Of a stretch of 64,000 nucleotides of DNA, positions 61,724 through 64,000 are shown in pieces; within the stretch, counting starts at the first letter, position 1; each line of letters begins with the position of its first letter. Made by a program: the position numbers and the translations under genes. The notes under the pieces were generated by a model that had not been told where the DNA came from, searched no databases, and saw only the letters and a list, made by a program, of their open reading frames with translations. This DNA is from an uncultured Verrucomicrobiota bacterium. Its GTDB lineage: Bacteria; Verrucomicrobiota; Kiritimatiellia; PWTM01. The DNA lies in NCBI GenBank assembly GCA_964610105.1, contig CAZSUU010000005.1:97499-161498 (forward strand). The letters are read 5' to 3'.

Positions 61724-62887
61724 ATGAATAGACGCCTGAAACGGATGAAGCGGCTGACGGCGGGGCTGGCATGGGCGGCGGGCGCGGCCTGCGGCGCCGA
61801 GATACCGTGCGCGATCTTCCCGTCGAACAGTATCTGGAACATGCGCGTGGACGTCCTGCCGGTCCATCCGGCCTCCGCGGCCTTCATCGCGTCCATCGGC
61901 TCGAACACCGGCTTCCATGCCGACTTCGGCGCCGGCCTGTGGGAAGGGGGGCCGATCGGCATCCCGTTCGTCGTGGTCCCGAGCCATCAGCCGAAGGTGG
62001 AGGTGGACTTTGAATACGCGAACGAGAGCGATCCCGGCCCCTACCCCATCCCGCCGGACCCGCCGATCGAGGGGGGACCGGCCTCCACCGGCGACCGCCA
62101 CATCCTGATGGTCGACGCCCAGGGTGGCATGCTCTACGAGCTGTACAGCGCCTACACCAATGCCGACGGTTCGTGGCGCGCGGGATCGGGGGCGATCTTC
62201 GATCTCGCGTCGCACGCGCTTCGCTCCAACGGCTGGACGTCCGCCGATGCCGCCGGCCTCCCGATCCTGCCCGGGTTGGTCCGATACGAGGAGGTCGCCG
62301 CCGGCGAGATCCGGCATGCGATCCGCTTCACCGTCTCGCGGACGCGCCGCGCCTACGTATGGCCCGCCCGCCACTACGCGTCGAGCTACACGCAGACCAA
62401 CTACCCCCCGATGGGCCAGCGCTTCCGGCTCAGGAGGGATTTCGACATCAGCGGTTTCTCCAACGACGTGAAGGTGATTCTGCGCGCGATGAAGACCTAC
62501 GGCATCATCCTCGCCGACAACGGCAGCAACTGGTACCTCTCCGGCGCCCCCGACGAGCGGTGGAACAACGACCACCTGCAGCAGATGAAGAACGTCCGCG
62601 GCCGCGACATGGAGGCGGTGGACGCGTGCGTGCTGCAGATCCATCCCGATTCCGGCGAAGCCCGCAGTCCGATCCCCGGCATCCGCCATCTCCGCATTTC
62701 CGGCGCCCAGGCCAGCCTGGGGCTCGGCAATCTGCTCTCCAACGTGGGCTACCGCGTCGAGGCAGGGACCGGCCTCGCCGCCGGCGCCTGGCAGGAGGTC
62801 GGCCGCTTCACCGGCGCCGCCGACCAGCGCGAGTGGACCGGAGCCGTCGATGGCGCCCGGCGGTTCTACCGGCTGGCGGTCGAATGA
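61724..62887 (+). CDS. Secreted protein with C-terminal FYR-type domain
   Basis: Signal peptide; 'WN..VD.LPVHP.S', 'GIPF.VV', 'YPIP....IEGG', 'GDRH', 'AAGLPI..GL', 'YGIILADNG'; C-terminus 'YRVEAGTGLAAGAW...RRFYRL'. Confidence 0.8.
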   Translation: MNRRLKRMKRLTAGLAWAAGAACGAEIPCAIFPSNSIWNMRVDVLPVHPASAAFIASIGSNTGFHADFGAGLWEGGPIGIPFVVVPSHQPKVEVDFEYANESDPGPYPIPPDPPIEGGPASTGDRHILMVDAQGGMLYELYSAYTNADGSWRAGSGAIFDLASHALRSNGWTSADAAGLPILPGLVRYEEVAAGEIRHAIRFTVSRTRRAYVWPARHYASSYTQTNYPPMGQRFRLRRDFDISGFSNDVKVILRAMKTYGIILADNGSNWYLSGAPDERWNNDHLQQMKNVRGRDMEAVDACVLQIHPDSGEARSPIPGIRHLRISGAQASLGLGNLLSNVGYRVEAGTGLAAGAWQEVGRFTGAADQREWTGAVDGARRFYRLAVE

Positions 62888-64000
62888 TCCCCGATTCGGG
62901 GTCGCCGGAGGCCGGCTCCGGACATGATCCGCACCCGGATGGCGCGCTCCGGCCGGACCGGGCACGCGAATTCGCACGCCCCGCAGCCGTTGCAGCGGAC
63001 CGGGTCCACGACCGGCTCGGCGGAGAATCCGCCATCCGCCGACCGCGTGGTGATCGCCTCGCAGGGACACGCGCGGAGGCATTCGGTGCATTCCCGGCCG
63101 GCGGCCAGCAGGCAGGAGTCGGTATCGACCTCGGCCAACCCGATCACGGCGCGCCGCTTGGCCTCGAGCAGTAGCCGGGCGATCGCGCCGCTCGGACACG
63201 ACTGACCGCAGCGGTTGCAGTCCTCGCGGCAGTACCCGCGGTCGAAGTTCAGCACCGGTGCCAGCAGCCCCGCGAGGCCGTGGTCGATGCCGTCGGGCCG
63301 GATGATCTGCGTCGGACAGACCCGAACGCAGGTGCCGCACCGCACGCATACGCCGCCGAAGACGCTCCCCGCCGCGGCGCCGGGCGGTCGGAGGGGCGCC
63401 TCCCCTTCCGATGCCCGGACACCGAAGGCCCCCGCGCTTCCAAGGGCCAGACCCAGCACGGCGCGGCGCCCCAGGACCACCCCACCCCACGCCGGCGGAT
63501 GCGCGGCTTCCCGCGGGGGCGCCTCCCGCCTGCGCCTGCGCCGCGCCCTCGCCGGCCACGCGAGCGTCTCCTGCAGGGCGCCGAGCGGGCACATGCGAAG
63601 GCACCAGATCCGCGGCATCGCGAGATCGAGCAGCAGAAGGGCGGGCAGGCCGAGGGCCGCGGACAGCCCCGCCATGGTCACCGGCCTACCCCAGACGGCG
63701 AAGAAGCCGTTGAACACCGCCAGCGGATCCATCCAGAGGAACAGCGGGATCCCGAACAGGGCGCCGCCCACGGTCAGCGCCAGGAGCCACGGACCCACCG
63801 GCGGCATGCGCAGCCACGGACGGCGCGCCGCGGGGCGGAGCCGTTCCAGCCCTTCCTGAAGCAGTCCCACCGGACAGGCGAAGCGGCAGAATCCCCGCCG
63901 CCGCCAAAGGGCGAGCAGCCCCACGGGCAACGCCACGGCCGCGAGGAGGCCGGCCGAACGCAGGGCGATCGCGGATCCCATCGCGACGAACGGACTGAAC
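62866..64000 (-). CDS. Membrane polyferredoxin (paralog of 19141-20553), 5' end beyond window
   Basis: 'RGFCRFACPVG', 'WCLRMCPLG', 'CVRCGTCVRVCP', 'CNGCGACEFACP'; frame open to the edge ('FSPFVAM'). Confidence 0.85.
   Translation of the reverse strand, partial: FSPFVAMGSAIALRSAGLLAAVALPVGLLALWRRRGFCRFACPVGLLQEGLERLRPAARRPWLRMPPVGPWLLALTVGGALFGIPLFLWMDPLAVFNGFFAVWGRPVTMAGLSAALGLPALLLLDLAMPRIWCLRMCPLGALQETLAWPARARRRRRREAPPREAAHPPAWGGVVLGRRAVLGLALGSAGAFGVRASEGEAPLRPPGAAAGSVFGGVCVRCGTCVRVCPTQIIRPDGIDHGLAGLLAPVLNFDRGYCREDCNRCGQSCPSGAIARLLLEAKRRAVIGLAEVDTDSCLLAAGRECTECLRACPCEAITTRSADGGFSAEPVVDPVRCNGCGACEFACPVRPERAIRVRIMSGAGLRRPRIGDHSTASR

Overview
GC-rich bacterial chromosomal window, probably from the PVC superphylum (Kiritimatiellae/Lentisphaerae-like). 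That assignment is inferred from gene content only: a MoxR-DUF58-BatA cluster, a DUF1080 protein, a prepilin-type protein and secreted proteins ending in an 'FYR' domain. From left to right it contains: (1) a MoxR AAA+/DUF58/BatA/vWA operon; (2) housekeeping genes (stand-alone homocysteine methyltransferase module, nadB, THUMP RNA methylase, bamD-like, lptE); (3) a Tat-exported redox module (C_GCAxxG_C_C protein, DUF362, polyferredoxin); (4) a translationally coupled operon downstream of nikR (surface protein, prepilin-type protein, metal ABC transporter, methyltransferase) with a candidate NikR operator over its promoter; (5) a 23.5-kb co-directional island resembling an expanded 'orange protein' (orp) cluster, with a sigma54 activator, NifX-like proteins, two 4Fe-4S MinD-like ATPases and an Mrp-NifX fusion, plus metal-uptake and sulfur-handling genes; (6) tsaC, an S41 pseudo-protease, purE, sugar oxidoreductases and sppA; (7) a decaying attC cassette array with no integron integrase in the window, in which four attC sites carry group IIC-type intron remnants, one of them a 239-nt ORF-less mini-intron with both ends intact. 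I recognised no rRNA, tRNA or CRISPR array. All family assignments come from motif recognition by eye; no database search was run. Many start codons were adjusted from the ORF track using RBS and stop/start overlaps.
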